The notes below the pieces were generated by a model. That model saw nothing but the letters and a program-made list of their open reading frames with translations. It was not told where the DNA came from and made no database searches. The position numbers were made by a program, and so were the translations under genes. From the human T2T-CHM13v2.0 reference genome, Homo sapiens: a stretch of 64,000 nucleotides of DNA. The stretch is from the NCBI RefSeq assembly GCF_009914755.1, contig NC_060931.1; one strand, 5' to 3'. Shown here one piece after another: positions 27,765 to 44,061 of this stretch; within the stretch, counting starts at the first letter, position 1; each line of letters opens with the position of its first letter.

Positions 27765-29072
27765 CAGCAGTTCTCAAATGTTTTGGTCTCAGAATTCCTT
27801 TATATTCTTAAAAATTATTGAAGACCTCAAAGAGCTTGTATTTAAGTGAATTATATCAATAGATATTTACTGTCACAAAAATTAAAACCTGATTTTAATA
27901 TTATTAATAAAAGTAACAATACATTTACTAGCACATACTGTGAAATAATAAAAAATATATATTTGGTTTCTGCCCCCAGTTTCTGGCATTTAGCTCCTAA
28001 AACTCTTGTAATTTCCTGGGTGATAGGAGAATCTTTTTTTTCTACTGAGGGTACTCTTGGTGGGCTCCTGGATGGGGTCTGGTAACCAGAAAGACCAACA
28101 CATGATTAGAAGCTTGAAATTTTCAGCCATATCCCCCAGCCTCTGGGAAGGGGAAAGGGGCTGAAGATTGAGTTAATAATTGGGTGTTTTATTTTGCCTA
28201 TTTGATGAAGCCTCCATAAAAATCCCTGAACAATGGGGTTCAGGGAGTTTCCAGGTTGATGAAAACACCCATGTGCTGGGAAGCTGGTGCACCCCAAATC
28301 CATGGGGACAGAAGCTCCTGTGCCCAGGAGCCTTCTGGACCATGCCCTGTGCATGTCTTCGTCTGGCTAGTCACCTATGTCCTTTATCATATCCTTCAAA
28401 ATAAAGCAGTAAACATAAGGAAAGTGTTTCCCTGAGTTTTGTGAGCCATCCTGGAAAATTACCAAACCTAAGGAGGGGGCTGTGGGAACCCCTGATCTAT
28501 AGCTGGTGGGTCAGAAGTACATGGTCTCAACCTGGGGCTTGTGATTGGCATCTGGGGTCAGGGGCAGTCTTATGGGATTGGGCTCTTAACCTGTGGAGTC
28601 TGTGCTCACTCAGTTAGATTCAGAGCTGAATTGAATTGTGTGATACACAGCTGGTTTAATGTGAGAAACCCCACCCCTACCGCCTCATTTTGGTGACCAG
28701 AGTGTTCTGTGTTGAGTGCATAGTAAGAGAAAACAGTTCTGTTTCTCCATTAAACACATACATACATAATGTATTATTAATACAAATACATTTTCTGAAA
28801 AACATAGTGACAAATGGCATTGTTTTCTATTTTTTGCAAGTCTATGTTTGGCTATATAGGAGACGCATTCTCATAGCTGCTTCTGCATTCGTCTTCTGTG
28901 ATGTCGATTCAGGTAGCTTGTAGAAACCTCCAGTGTACACTCCTGAGTTAATAACACTGAACAAAGCAAATAACGTCTCATTATTATTACAAAAGTAGTT
29001 CTGATTTAGTGGACTCCTTAAAGGTTTACTGTGAACTCCACAGAGGCTCCTGGAACACACTTTGAGGACCCC
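27765..29072 (-). mobile_element. Charlie1-family hAT DNA transposon (Charlie1b-like), split by an LTR
   Basis: Termini cagcagttctcaaa... and ...acactttgaggac; internal similarity to recalled Charlie1 consensus. Confidence 0.7.
27939..28756 (+). mobile_element. Solo LTR, MER21-like
   Basis: TG..CA ends, 5-bp TSD CATAC; MER21 motifs (accagaaagacc, gaagcctccataaaaa, ggggacagaagctcctg). Confidence 0.8.
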
Positions 29073-30226
29073 ATGTCTAGGGTGAGTTCAGGAAGGAGAT
29101 GCTTAGAGATGATGGGATGAGAGGTTCTTGGGTGTCTACTCCATTCCTCAGGGAAAAATAATAATCAGATTTTTTGTATATTAGTATCAGCCCAAATAAC
29201 TGTTAGATTACTTTACATTTTCTTTTAACCCTTGGACAAACAATTTACATCTAAATCCAATAACTTTAAGAAATGTGTTCATTTGTATTGCTACTAGAGC
29301 TGGCTAAATTTGTATAGATGTATCAGTTGAGATGTAAGTGATAATTTTTGGAATAAAAGTTATTTTGTATCTTTAATAGCGGTAAAGCACGTGTTCATCC
29401 TATGACCAGAAGGTTTTCTGAGAACAGTAATCACATTCAGTCTCCACATCTCCGGGGTCCAAACCCTTTACATTGGGCTTCATTGAAAGGATAAATTGGA
29501 GTTTGAGTTGATAAAAAAGTTATTTTAATGCTTTTACTTCATGTACCTTTTCTAAATTTTTCTTAGAAGATCGATATTAACACTGGAGCTATTTTAGGTA
29601 AACAATCAGATTTTGAAAATAATTTATTTTGGGGAACAATTCTAGTCCTATTAGCAATATTTCTTGGTTGGAACTTCATTAAGGTGGCTTTGAAAAGGAG
29701 CTTCGACTGCCCTGTGTGAGGCTGTTGGCACCCACTGCTCAGTCTCCAGCCTGAATCTCCCCAGGCATCTCTCTGTGTCCTGCTTCTCCCCAAGACCCTC
29801 TTTGCCTTGGAGTCTTCTGGGGTGCTGTCCCTAGCTCCAAGACAACATTTATTTCTCTCTGTGGTTTCTACTTCCCATTGTGAAAGCACAAGACTTAACC
29901 CTAAATCCACTAGTGACACTGATAATGAAGCAATGACTGTGGACCCCAGCCTGAAACAAGCCCTGGGGTGTGGGGTGCACTGAGTTGATGTCAGGCCTTC
30001 TGTTGTGGGTGTTTTATTTTGTCAAGTCATGGACCCACCCCTGGGCTCCAAGGACATTTGCATTATCTGGACACACTTAGAGGATGCTTGGAGGTAGAAA
30101 GGCTTTAAAGATTAGCCCTAAACCTCATGTTACCAAGCTAATAAAATGGTTAGCCATGATGCTAACTCACTTATTTACAATTTTAGAAAACAATATTCAA
30201 TGTTCAAACAATATGTACTTGGGCCC

Positions 30227-30624
30227 TGTTATGACTGAATTATGACCGTTTCTCAATTCATATGTTGAATTCTCAACCCCTTGCACCTCTGAATATGACT
30301 GTATTTGGAGATGAGTCATTTAAACAGATGATTACATTTAAGTGGGGTAATTGGGATGGGCCCTGATCCAATATGACTGCGGTCCTCATAAGAAGAGGAA
30401 GTTAGAACACAGACACACACGCACACAGAAACACACACGAAAAAGCATGTGAAGATACAGGCAGAAGATGGCCATCTACACATCCAGGAAAAAAGCCACA
30501 GGAGAAACCAAGCCTGCCAACACCCTGACCTTGGACTTCCAGCCTCCAGGACAGAATATATTTTCACGGTTTAAGCCACCCAGGTTGTGCAGTATTTGCT
30601 ATGGCAGCCAACCAGGCTGATACA
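30227..30624 (+). mobile_element. MaLR LTR (MLT1B-like) inserted in an L2 end
   Basis: tgttatg...taca, TSD GGCCC/GGCCT. Confidence 0.85.
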
Positions 30625-30889
30625 GGCCTCTGTGCCTGACACTGCTCCAGGCCCAGGGAACACTGTATTGCGAGCCACCCTCAGGAACTTGCTCTAGTGT
30701 GTTCTCTCAGATTCATCCTATGCACAAGCTGGGCCCTTGGGGTCAGCAAGGCACTCTCTTTGCCAAGAACCTGTGGGCTAAGGGGCACACAAGGCTATAC
30801 TTTGAGAATTACTAGAACATAGTCATTTATATCAGAAGAGATGGTCACAGGTAAAGCCAGAGTCTGCGTAACCAGACAAGATGCATTAA

Positions 30890-31560
30890 TCAATTCATTT
30901 ATTAAATATGTATTCTGCAATGTGGAATAGATGTGGAAATAGAGTCTGAGTTGGGTCCTCAGAGACATGATGGTCCAGTTGGGAGCCCAAGAGTCAGCAC
31001 ATTAACAGTGAGGGAAGACATAGTCAAGATGAAAGGGATTCCTGGGAAAGACACAAAGAAGTGGGCTGAGCCAGGAAAGAGTATGTTTAGGGGTCCCTGT
31101 GGCTGATCAGGGCAGAGTCCCTCCGGAGCAGGATCTTAAGTGCAACCTGAGGACTGGAAGGGCCTTGTGAGGAGCAGGGCAAGAGTCTCCCAGGCAGAGG
31201 GACCAGCCGTGCAAAGGGCCTGGGGTGGTGAAGGGCTTGCTGTATTGGAGCTGCTGAGGGAATCCCCTGTGTCTGGCCTCAGAGAGAGGAGCAGCAAACT
31301 GTGAGGCGAGGGTGGAGAAGTGAAGGGAACTGGGTTCCCAGGGGCCTGTGGGCCATGGCGAGGCATCTGAATTTTATTCTAATGCACTGGGGACACATTG
31401 AGGCCTGGTGAGCTAGTGAGGAATGTTGTGATTCCACAGAATTTTGGAAGAACCCACTGATTTGGTGGAGCAGGGGACTGAGGGGAGGAGTGCAGGAAGC
31501 TGGGAGCTGCTTAGCCTCTGTCCAGGCCACAGGGGCCAGCAGCCAGTGCTGGAGCAGCAG
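30890..31560 (-). mobile_element. L2 fragment
   Basis: ttcatttattaaatatgtatt start; ccaggcagagggaccagccgtgcaaagggcctgg L2 motif. Confidence 0.6.
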
Positions 31561-31662
31561 CCTGCCTTTCCTCTGCCTGTTGGCTCCAGGCCCCAGCCCG
31601 CAAGCCCCAGACCAGGCGTGGCTCTCCTCGAGTCTTAACATGACCTAAAAAGGGGGATTTAA

Positions 31663-32007
<345 letters not shown>

Positions 32008-32175
32008 GCAAGTAGTTACTTTAATAGCTGACATTCATTCAAGACTTACCAAATGCCAGACATCATTTTGCACATTTTCTGTACAGGTTGTTGTGTTATC
32101 ATTGCAATAGCCATGGGATGTAAACATTTTCTTTTTTTTTCATTTCTCAGGTGACGAGGATTTTATGGGCCTTAG

Positions 32176-32494
<319 letters not shown>

Positions 32495-33940
32495 AGTTTC
32501 TTTGTTTTTAAAATAAGAATATAATATAGCAAAAGTCCTGTCGTTACATAAAGGGGCACACGAATGTGAATACACATGTACACACAGATGTGCACACACA
32601 TGCACACATGGCAGCCATGAGTGATGTTCATGGATAATTACAAGATAGTTGGAACATAAATTATGTTGTGTTTTTCATAGCACTCTGTATGTTTTGAAAT
32701 AATGAGTGGCTAAATAGTGAATCCATTTTTTTGGATACTACAAGTTTCAGAGATTTTATGGAAGATAAAAAAGATGGAACAATAAATGCAAAGCACGGTT
32801 TGTTATTATGATGAACTCTTACATTGTGATAGGTTCACATATTCAGGAACATCTTAATGTGATTGCTATATGATATACCCATTTAATAAAGAAAATGATA
32901 AAAGAAGGGAACATTAACACAAAGTAAATGCCAAATAATGTTAAAAGTTTGAACAATGACACCACACTTATTTAATATGAACATTTATCATTTCTACAGT
33001 GGAGGCTGAAAACTCACAAATCAGGCATTGTACTATTTGCAAGCTTAATCTTTCATGACAAATGGTTCAGACATAGAAAAATGTCTTTCAGTTTTCATTG
33101 CCATTGCTTGAATTGTTCAAAACATATTTTCAAGTTGGGCCTTCAGTGCACATTGCCTCTGCTAAGTTCTTTTCTTTTCTTTCTTTTTTTTTCTTTTAAC
33201 ACTTGCTTGCCCTGGTTTTGGTTTTACCATCGACATTGATTTTGCTCCTGCTACTTCAGTTGCTGATTCACTCTCATCTCATGAGAGAGCATTTCACAGC
33301 AACTCTCATGTTTTCTCCATAAATTTCTTCCACTGAAGCACATTTTCTCTTAAAAATCTATCCATTGGTGATCTTGCTAAATCAACAATTTCATTTTTGA
33401 CTGCAAAAAAGTTGTCCTTTCTCACTTCATATAAATAGCAAGCTTAAAGCAAGTTCATGCATCACTCACAACTTCGTAAAGTTCCCCTTCTATAAATGAC
33501 TGACTTTCAGCTGCCAAAAAGCAATTTTATTGATATGGACTTTTTAAAAGCCTTTGGATCATTTTTTATAATATATCCATTTAGTATCCAAAATGACTTA
33601 TAATTTTATTTTTTTCATTCTTGAGTATTTCTTTCTGCAAAAAAAAACTAATTCTCATGAGAGAATGATTTAAAGAGCTTTATAATTTTTCTTATATTTA
33701 AAAACTGTGGCAGAGGCATTTTACAGATGATACTGCTTAGATTTGACCCACAACCAGATCAGAGTTATTGTTTTCACTATTCTGGTTTTTCAAAGTTGTA
33801 GTGCATTCACTTCTGCTGCTGTTTGTTTTTCATGTTTTGTCCATCAACCTCCTATTGGTGTAAGATACTTTAGTCACAAGGTGAAATGCATGCTCATCAG
33901 TGATAACTTTCTGAATTTGTCTGTGATTGTGCTGGTAATC

Positions 33941-34416
33941 AGTGTTAGTAAGCTATGACTGTGTAACAAATTACTCCAAAACCTAACAGTTAAAAAAAAA
34001 TTTAATTATCTCACAGTTTCTGTGTTCTAAGTGGTTCTGGCTCAAGTCTGTCAAGGGGCTGCAGTCAAGTTGTTGGCTGGGTGGGAGGGGAGGCATCTTA
34101 AGGCTCAACTGGGAGAGGACCTGCTTCCAAGCTCACTCATTTACTTGTTGGCAGCCTCAGAAGATGCGCTTCTAGGGTCACCCACATGGTGCCTTTGCAC
34201 AGGATTCCCTCACAGCATGGCAGCTGGCTTCCCCAGAGCTAGTGATCCAAGAGAGAGCAAGAAAGACAACCCAAAACTGAAGTCTGTTTTTTTATAACCT
34301 CTTTTTGGGAGTGACCACTCATCACTTGGGCCATTGGTTTAAAGCAGGTCACCAAATCTGGCCCACCCTCAAAGGAAGGGGATCACTGGAAGCTATCTTA
34401 GACACTGCTTACCACA
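33941..34416 (-). mobile_element. MaLR LTR (MLT1G/H-like) nested in the hAT fossil
   Basis: gtaacaaattactccaaaac...catggcagctggcttccccagagc...ttaccaca. Confidence 0.8.
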
Positions 34417-34791
34417 CAACAACATCTGCTTCAAGTTCTACTTCAAAAGTTTCTAATCTTTTCTCAAGTAAAGACAATAGTTTTTCTCCAGAATAGTTCC
34501 CATGAATTCTTATTAAACCAAGAGTCAATGAAGTTTCAATGTAGCATGCATGAACATTCATGTATCTTTGATTCTGATAACTGGCCACTCATCTACCTAA
34601 ATGTTTATTTTCTTATTTTCGCATTTGAAAGTGCCAAATTGATGTGCAGTTGTTCCATTGTATTGTAAAAGTTATGTATTAACGCAATAATTGATGATGG
34701 ACGTTTTGGCCATTGCAGTCCCTTGCTTAAGAAACTTGCCCTAACAAATTTAGTTTCATGTTTTTTTTTTTTCTCCAAATCTTGTCTTTTT

Positions 34792-34975
34792 CAATGGTGT
34801 TCTGGGATCAGCTTGTGAACCAACTCACGTCATCTCTTCTCAACTCCACAGTCAGTGACATCATGTTGGTAGCTTAAAGTTGGCCGCTGTGGAGGATATA
34901 GCTACATGTGGGATTTGGCAAATGTTACAGACCACCATTTCCATCCCTACTGTATTGTTCCTTAAGAGTAGTTGG
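34792..34975 (+). mobile_element. MER63-like hAT MITE
   Basis: caactccacagtcagtgacatcatgttggtagctt...ttggcaaatgttaca matches recalled MER63. Confidence 0.65.
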
Positions 34976-36701
34976 CATCAGCTTATGAGTATTATTTTTA
35001 GAGCTTTATTTTGCCAATAATGCTATGATAATATCCAGGGTGCTGAAGTAGATGATGCTTTGCTTTGCAGTGATTCAAATATATCTGGTTATGAGATAAA
35101 TGACTTCCCTTATCTCTTATGCTTTCAACATTTTTGTACTCTGTATTATGGATATCTCAAAATTACCTAATAAATAATAAATTACAATGTAGTACTATGA
35201 CGTAGTCTCTAACAAACAGTGAATGTGCGCACCCTGGAAAACATGAGCAAATATTATTGGGTAGTATTTAATACCTAGGTCAGCTACCAAAGTTAATAGC
35301 GCTATATAGAATTATGTGTACAATTGTGAAGTTAAAGAATTATTTTGTTTTAAAAACTTATTTCTTGTAACATCACTTGCAGGGTTTGTATAAAATACAC
35401 GATGCATATAAACATATTTATACTTATTTCAGAATGACTTACTGTTAGCAGCAGACAGGGCTGCGAACACCCTAATGGTATAGCAACAACTATGAGAAAC
35501 ACAGGCTGATTAGGTTACAGAAATTTCTGTCCTGTGCACCTCTTAACCTTCGATTCCTCATGCCCACGTTTCCTGCTCTTGCTTTTGACTGGCCATGGGT
35601 GGATCTTTTCCACCCACCACCACCTCTATGTTGATTGTTGAGCTTTAATTTACTCAGAAGAATCAACAAACTTTTCCCAATTTTTCTCATTTTTCAACTT
35701 ATTTTTCTTGAGATTCGGGATTTGAAACAACAATTTCCCAAAAAACGCGGGGAATAAATTTTTACATGGAAAGGTTATCCCTACTTACCTTCCTCTCTAT
35801 AGCTTGACTCTTTTGAGATATGGCCCATCTTGGTTTCTTTTCCTACTACAGCACATCAAATTATGCTCTATTTTATTTTATCTATATACTTATATAAATA
35901 TATATGGCATAAATTTTAAAAGGCTTGGACATTGTAAATATATAAAAGCATAAACTTTATAAATAAATAAGCCTGGCTCCATTCTTTGTCACTTTATATT
36001 TATATAACTTAGAGAGCTTTACTTGGTTTCTTGAGATGCAGTTTTCTTAGCTAAAATGGGCAAACGTTTGTGGTGGGGATACATTGATATAGTATGATTT
36101 CCCTAATTTAGCACAATGCATAATAGCTAACATGTTTTTCCCTAAAAATGTTTAATTAAAGTATAATAATAAAGATAAAAAAAGTGTTCAATTGATTGAC
36201 ATTCTAGAAATATGCATGCCACTATTTTCCACTGGCATTTCTAAATCTCTTCTAGTCAGCGTTATTTAATACATGTTAATAATGTAGAAATATTGAGGTG
36301 GAGAGGTACAAAAAATAAGAAAACAAAACAACACAAAGAAAACCCTCAACAACATTTTGTTTTAGCTTTTCTTTCCAAAAAATAGACATAAAAATAAAGT
36401 TAAAGCAAAGCAAACCCAAAATAAAATTCTTATAAAAAGAATAAACAGGAAGAGTACCAGATTCTAGCAGTGAATCTGACAGAAAGGCTTAGTGAAGTCT
36501 CATGGAGGAAGCTTAGGATATTGCTTCTTTCCCTGTGGTTTCTGAACCCAACCAAATGGCCACATTTCCAGCTGGTGACCTTTTATTCTATTTCCATAAT
36601 TATGTAATTGTCTGTGACACAAATAATTTACTGTGTGTGGAGAATCATTGTGCAGTGGGTTACATATATATAAATATATTTTTGCATTTTCTACATATAC
36701 A

Positions 36702-38096
<1,395 letters not shown>

Positions 38097-38268
38097 TTAC
38101 TGTAAGTGAGCACAAAATTTGACCACGGATGACTGTGTTTACTTTTCCTAATGGCTCTACACAAGAAAGCATAATGACAGACATCCCTAGAAGAAATCCC
38201 AGGGAATTGGGAGAATATAAATGGGCTCTCCATTGTCTACACTCAAGCTACTTTGGTTATGAAAAATA

Positions 38269-38379
38269 TCATATATATATATATATATGCATGTATATAT
38301 ATATGTATATATATATGCATGTATATATATGTATATATATATGTATGTGTGTACATATATATATACACACACACACACA
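38269..38379. repeat. (TA)n/(TATG)n/(CA)n compound microsatellite
   Basis: Directly visible. Confidence 0.95.
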
Positions 38380-39095
38380 TGTTTGGAGAAGATATATATT
38401 TACTCTTATGTATACTTACTCTTCCCATATTTACTGCCTATATATTTACTGTTTTCCATATGAAGAAGAGTAAAGTTAATCTCCTTCATGGATGTATTAT
38501 TTTGCTTCAGCAATTGTCAATTTATGGCCCATCTTCTTACCCACTTCCCTATCCCTGAATTATTTTGAAGCAATCTCAGACATCTCAGGAATCCCAGTTA
38601 TCATTTTACTCACGTATATTTCTCAACGTTTCTTTAAAAAATAAGAACTAATATATAGAGATAGATATATATAAATATAGATATTTATTTTGGTTTATAT
38701 TTTGTCTTCGTAAATTTTCAGGGTCACTCCTCTGTTCCTCTCCTCTCCCTCCCCATTCTTCATCTCTCTTTTCCTCATCCCCCATCTCCTTTTCCTCCTC
38801 CTCCTCCTCCTCCTTTTTCTCCTTATTTTTTTCCCCAGTTTATTTGATAAAGAAACTAGATTGTCCTATAGAATTCCCCACACTGGACTTTGCTGATTGT
38901 ATCTCCTTGCTGTAATTTAATATGCTCCTTTTGTTTCCAATATCCCCTTTCTAATGGCCAAATAGAGACTTTATCAGATGCGAATTCGATTTTGTGGGAA
39001 GAATCTTGCAACATGGTCTCATGAGCATACAGAAGGAGGCACAATATATCTGTGATGTTTGTGAGAAGTCAGCTCTCCTGAAGAATATTGCATAA

Positions 39096-39392
<297 letters not shown>

Positions 39393-39929
39393 TATTGCAT
39401 AAATCTTTTATATCAGTAGAGGTTGCAAAATGATATTTCCTTCCTATTATTCTGATTTAGCTAAATATTCTAAAGATAATCTTATCTATATAAGTTTTAT
39501 TACCCTGAGTTATGTTCCTTTAAAATAAAGCAAGATGAATAGTTGATTTTCCCCCTTTATATCCTAATTTTCAAAATGAATAATTGGTTACCTAGCATCA
39601 TCCCAAAGTGACCAATGAGGGTTTTGTTTTTCAAACATTATTTAGATTGCATGGGTTTAAACATTATCAATATATTTTAATTTATTTTAGTCTTTATCCT
39701 CATTGGTGCTCGAATTGTCCCAACTTTGGCAATAGGAGTTACTGCCAGGTGGCTCCTGAATCTTCCTGACATGACCTCATTGGTTTTCAGCAGCTGCTTT
39801 GCTTCCTGTTAGAATTAAGGGCCATATTTTAAATGCCCTGCTTTATACCTGGAATCACATTTTTCCACAGGAAGTTAGATTTTTTGAGGTGGAGGGTGCA
39901 GCAATGAGTTTTTATTTTCTGAATAGATA

Positions 39930-42700
39930 ACTTCTTTGAATTAAGCTTTAAAATTCAGATACTTGTGAATTCCCATGCAGCTGTAGGAATTAATATAGAG
40001 AGGTCCCATGTACCCTTCACTCAGTTGCCTCCAAAAGTAACATCTTGCGTAACTATAGTGCAATGTCAGGACTGGGAATTTGACACTGACCTACCCGTAT
40101 TTCACTAGTTTGACATGCATTCATTTTGCCTGTGTGTATTTAGTTATGTGCAATATTATCACATGGAACAAGTTGGAAACAAGGGTTCATCATGCTACTC
40201 TCTCATAGCCACAGCCACCACCCTATCCTGATGCCCATCCCTAATCCCTGATAAATGCTAATTAGTTCTCCATCTCTGTAATGCTTTTATTTCAATAATT
40301 TTATATAAATTGAATCATCTAATATGTGACCATTTGAGATTGGCTTTTTTCCCTCGATATCTTGAGACCCATCCCAGTTGTGTATATCAATAATTCCTCC
40401 TTTTTTTTTCCTCGTTGGATAATATTCCATGGTATGGATTTTTTAAAACCATTTGTTTAAGCATTTACCCATTGTGGGATATTTTGCTTGGTTCTAATTT
40501 TTTCTATTACAAATAAAGCTGCTATGACCATTTGTGTACAGATTTTTGTGTGAGCGTTTAAATTCTTGCTTCTCTGTAATAAATGCCAAGGGTGCAGTGG
40601 CTGGGATATATGGAGAGTGCATTTTTAGTTTTGTTAAGAAACTGACAAACTATGTGCAGAGTGATAGTGCTATTTTACATTCCTACTGGCAATGTATGTG
40701 TGGTTCACTTTTCTCACATCCTTGCCAGCATGTGGCACTCCAGCTATTTTTTTATTTTAGCTGTTTTGGCAGGTGTGTAGTGATAACTCTTTGTGGTTTT
40801 AATTTTTATTTCCCCCATGTTTAATGATGTCAAACATCTTTTGACATGCTTGAATGTCACCTGTATATCCTCTTTAGTGAACCTCTTTAGTGAAACATTG
40901 GTTCCTTTCATTCTCTCATTTTCTAGTTTGATTGAATGATTTTTACTACTTCATTTTGAGAGCTCTTTATATATTCTAGACAAAAGATCTTTGGTGGATA
41001 TGTGGTGTGCAAATATATTCTCCTGGTTTGTAGCTTTTCTCTTAACTCTTTTAATAGGGCATTTTGCAAGGCAAAAGTTTTCATTTTGATGAAGTCCAAC
41101 TTATAAAATTTTCATTTTATGGACCATGCTTTTGGTGCTGAGTCTGAGACCTTGCCAAGTCTTAGATCCTAAAAATTTTCTTCATTTTCTTTTCTAAAAG
41201 CGTTTTGCATTTTGTTTACTTTTAAGTCTGTGATTCATTTTGAGTTAATTTTCATATAAGATTTGAGGTTTAGGATGAGATTCTTCTTTTTGTTGTTATT
41301 TTTTCTTCTGGATGTCCAATTGCTCCAACATCCATTTATTGCGAAGGTTGCTCTTCTTTCATTGAATTATTTTTGCACCTTTGTCAAGAATCAATTGACA
41401 TGACAAAACAAATTCTGGCAAGGATGTGGAATAACAGGAATGCCTATTCATTGCTGGTGGGAATGCAAAATGGTACAGCCATGTTGGTAGACAGATAGAT
41501 GGTTTCTTACAAACTAAACATACTTTTACTATATGATCCAGCAGTCATGCTTCTTAGTATTTATCTAGAGGAACTGAAAACTTATGTCCACACAAAAGCC
41601 TACATTGGACGTTCACAGCAGCTTTATTCATAATTGCCAACACTTAGAAGCAACCAAGAAGTCCTTTGGTAGGTGAATGGATGAACAAACTGTGTTACAT
41701 CAGACAACAAAATAGTATTCAGTGCTATTTACCATGAAAAGACTTGGAGAGAGCTTAATTTCATGTTACTAAGTGAGAGAAGCCAATCTGAAAAGGCTAC
41801 ATACTGTATGATGCCAACTAATTATATTTTGGAAAAAGCAAAAGTATGAAGACAGTGAAAAGAGTATTGGTTGCCCAGGGTTAATGGGGAGGGAGGGATG
41901 AATAGGTGGAACACAGAGGTTTTTATAGGACAGTGAAACTATACTGAATGATACTTTAATGTTGGATACATGTTATTACATATTTTATTCTCATAGAATT
42001 TACAACACCAAGAGTGAACACTAATGGAAACTGTAAGCTCTGAATAATAACGATGTGTCAATGTAGGTTCATTGATTGCACCTAATGTACCATTCTGGCG
42101 GGGGAATACGGACAATGAGGGAGACTGTGCCTGTGTGCCAGTAGGGGGTATATGGAAAGTCTCTGTACCTTTCATTCAGTTTTTGCTGTGAACTGCTCTA
42201 AAAAAAGTCCATTAAAAATCAATTGGACATATGTGTGTGCATTTATTTCTGGATTTTCAATTCTGTTCCATTTTATGTGTCTCTGCCTCCAGCAGTACTA
42301 TACTGTCTTGATTACTGTAGCTATACAGTAAGCTTTAACAGCAGATTGAGTGATTCCTCTCAGTTTATTCTTGTTTTATGAAATGTTTTTGCTATTGTAG
42401 GCTCTGTCCTCTCCATATAAATGCAAGAACGAGCTTGTCTATATCTGTAAAAAAAATTTGCTGGGATTTTTACAGGAATTGTATTAAACTCATAGGTCAA
42501 TTTGAAAGAATTGACATATTTCTATATTGAGTCTCTTATCCATGGGTGGTATCTTATCCATTGTATGGATGTCTCTCAATTTATGTAGGTAATTTTTAAT
42601 AAAAAAATTAGTACTTAAAATTTTCCACATGATTCTGTATGTTTTGGTAGAATTATACCTGAATATATACATTTGGAGCAATTGTAAATGGTATTGTGTA
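39930..42700 (-). mobile_element. Old L1MC/MD 3' region, interrupted by a plus-strand L1
   Basis: Antisense L1 ORF2/3'UTR motifs on both sides of 41401-42213. Confidence 0.75.
41401..42213 (+). mobile_element. L1MC1/2-like 3' end
   Basis: attgctggtgggaatgcaaaatggtacagcc...; imperfect TSD aagaatcaattgaca / aaaaatcaattggaca. Confidence 0.8.
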
Positions 42701-43085
42701 ATCCATCTGAGATTTTGCACATGGTAGGTCCTCTACTCTCAGAATTGTTAATAAAAGCCAATATAATTGCCTAGAAGACAATTTTCTGAGAATCACTTTT
42801 CCATTATGAAAGTGCATTGAGCCTTTAGAATTCCTGGGAGTTGAGAATTGTGGCTTTGTGGTTCCTATTCAAGCCTCTTTCTAAAAATTACAAGCTACCG
42901 TCCTTGGGGAAAGCTGGTGAGTTGGACTTCTTCCTAGTTGTGGAGGTCAGCCACTTTTTCCTATTGGTAGATTTAGCGATTTAGATATAAATATGGCTTG
43001 AATGTAAGCCTCATGAGCGCAAAGCCCCTGAGTCACTGCTGGGCTTTCAACAACAAGGGGTGTGGCTAAACACAGTAGCTGCATA

Positions 43086-43765
43086 TGATGGACTCAATGT
43101 TTCAGCATTTCCCCAAATTCAAGTGTTGAAATCCTAACCCCCAACATGATGTTTGTTGTTTAAATAGGATGCAGTCACCTGGAGTCCACACTCCAGGAGA
43201 GCTGAGGGTCCCTGGCTGAGAGCCACAGAGTGGGCAGCACCCTGTCAAGCTGTGAGTGAGACACGGCTGCCCCAGTGCATCCAGAAGGCAGAGCATCAAC
43301 CCAAATAATTATTCTTGAAATTTAAGATTCAATGTTGTTTGCCTTGTTAGGTTTTGGGCTTCATTGAGGCCAACTGTCTCTCTTTCCCTTGCTCTTTCTC
43401 CTTTTGGTATGGGGAGGTCTATTTTATGCCTGATCCATCATTATACTTTGGAAGCACACGACTTGTCTGGTTTCACAGGTTCACAGCTGGAGAGGAATTT
43501 GCCTCAGGATGAATCACACTTCAAGCCTCATCCATATCTGATTTAAATAGATGAACCTCAGACTTTAGAATTTAGAGTTGATGTTGAAACAAGCTAAGGC
43601 TTTTGGGGTTGTTGAGATGGAATGAACATATTTTGCATGTGAGAAAGAGATGAATTTGGGGACCTGGGGTGAAATTTTATTAACTGAACATTTGTGTTCC
43701 CATAAAATTGTTATGTTGAAATCCTAACCTTCAATGTGATGGTATCAGAAGGTGAGGCCTTTGGG
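43086..43765 (+). mobile_element. MLT1A-like MaLR piece: LTR start + internal 3' end + second LTR start
   Basis: gttgaaatcctaacc occurs at ~43125 and ~43715; MLT1A-int-like 3' end with a purine tract before the second copy. Confidence 0.65.
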
Positions 43766-44061
43766 CCTCTGGGTAGGTGCTACACTACTCTGGGTAGGTG
43801 CACATCTCTCGTTGTTGGAGTTAAGGCAGGGAATTTGAGTTCATGTCTCCATGGACCTTATGTACAAACCATATCATATTTAAGTCTGAGAAACTAAAAT
43901 GTTCTTATCAGATATCTTCATTGGCATGATTCCTAAGTGCTCACATAGCCAGCCAGACATACTCAGCCTGGACTAGAGGGAGACCAGCTTGTCCAGGTTG
44001 CCAGCTCTCAAGTCCATGAAAATTGAGGGGTTCTTCCTAATATCTAACTCTCTCTCAAACC

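Larger units (their letters stand above)
32700..35783 (-). mobile_element. Ancient hAT-superfamily DNA transposon with decayed transposase
   Basis: Manual minus-strand translation gives, in the expected order: DEW (34593-34585), YMNVH...LGLIRIHG...LLEKRLETF...ADVV (34564-34418), RKIIKLFK, ILDTKW, ERHFS; possible terminus TAGGGAT at 35783; left boundary uncertain. Confidence 0.7.

Noticed and set aside
35783-35791. Isolated perfect splice donors (35788 minus; 5639 and 55557 plus)
   Set aside because: No convincing paired acceptor; a few such 8-mers are expected by chance in 64 kb.
38129-38558. Tyr/Ile-rich ORFs (and Ser/Leu/Val/Cys ORFs at 48002-48503)
   Set aside because: Translations of microsatellites.
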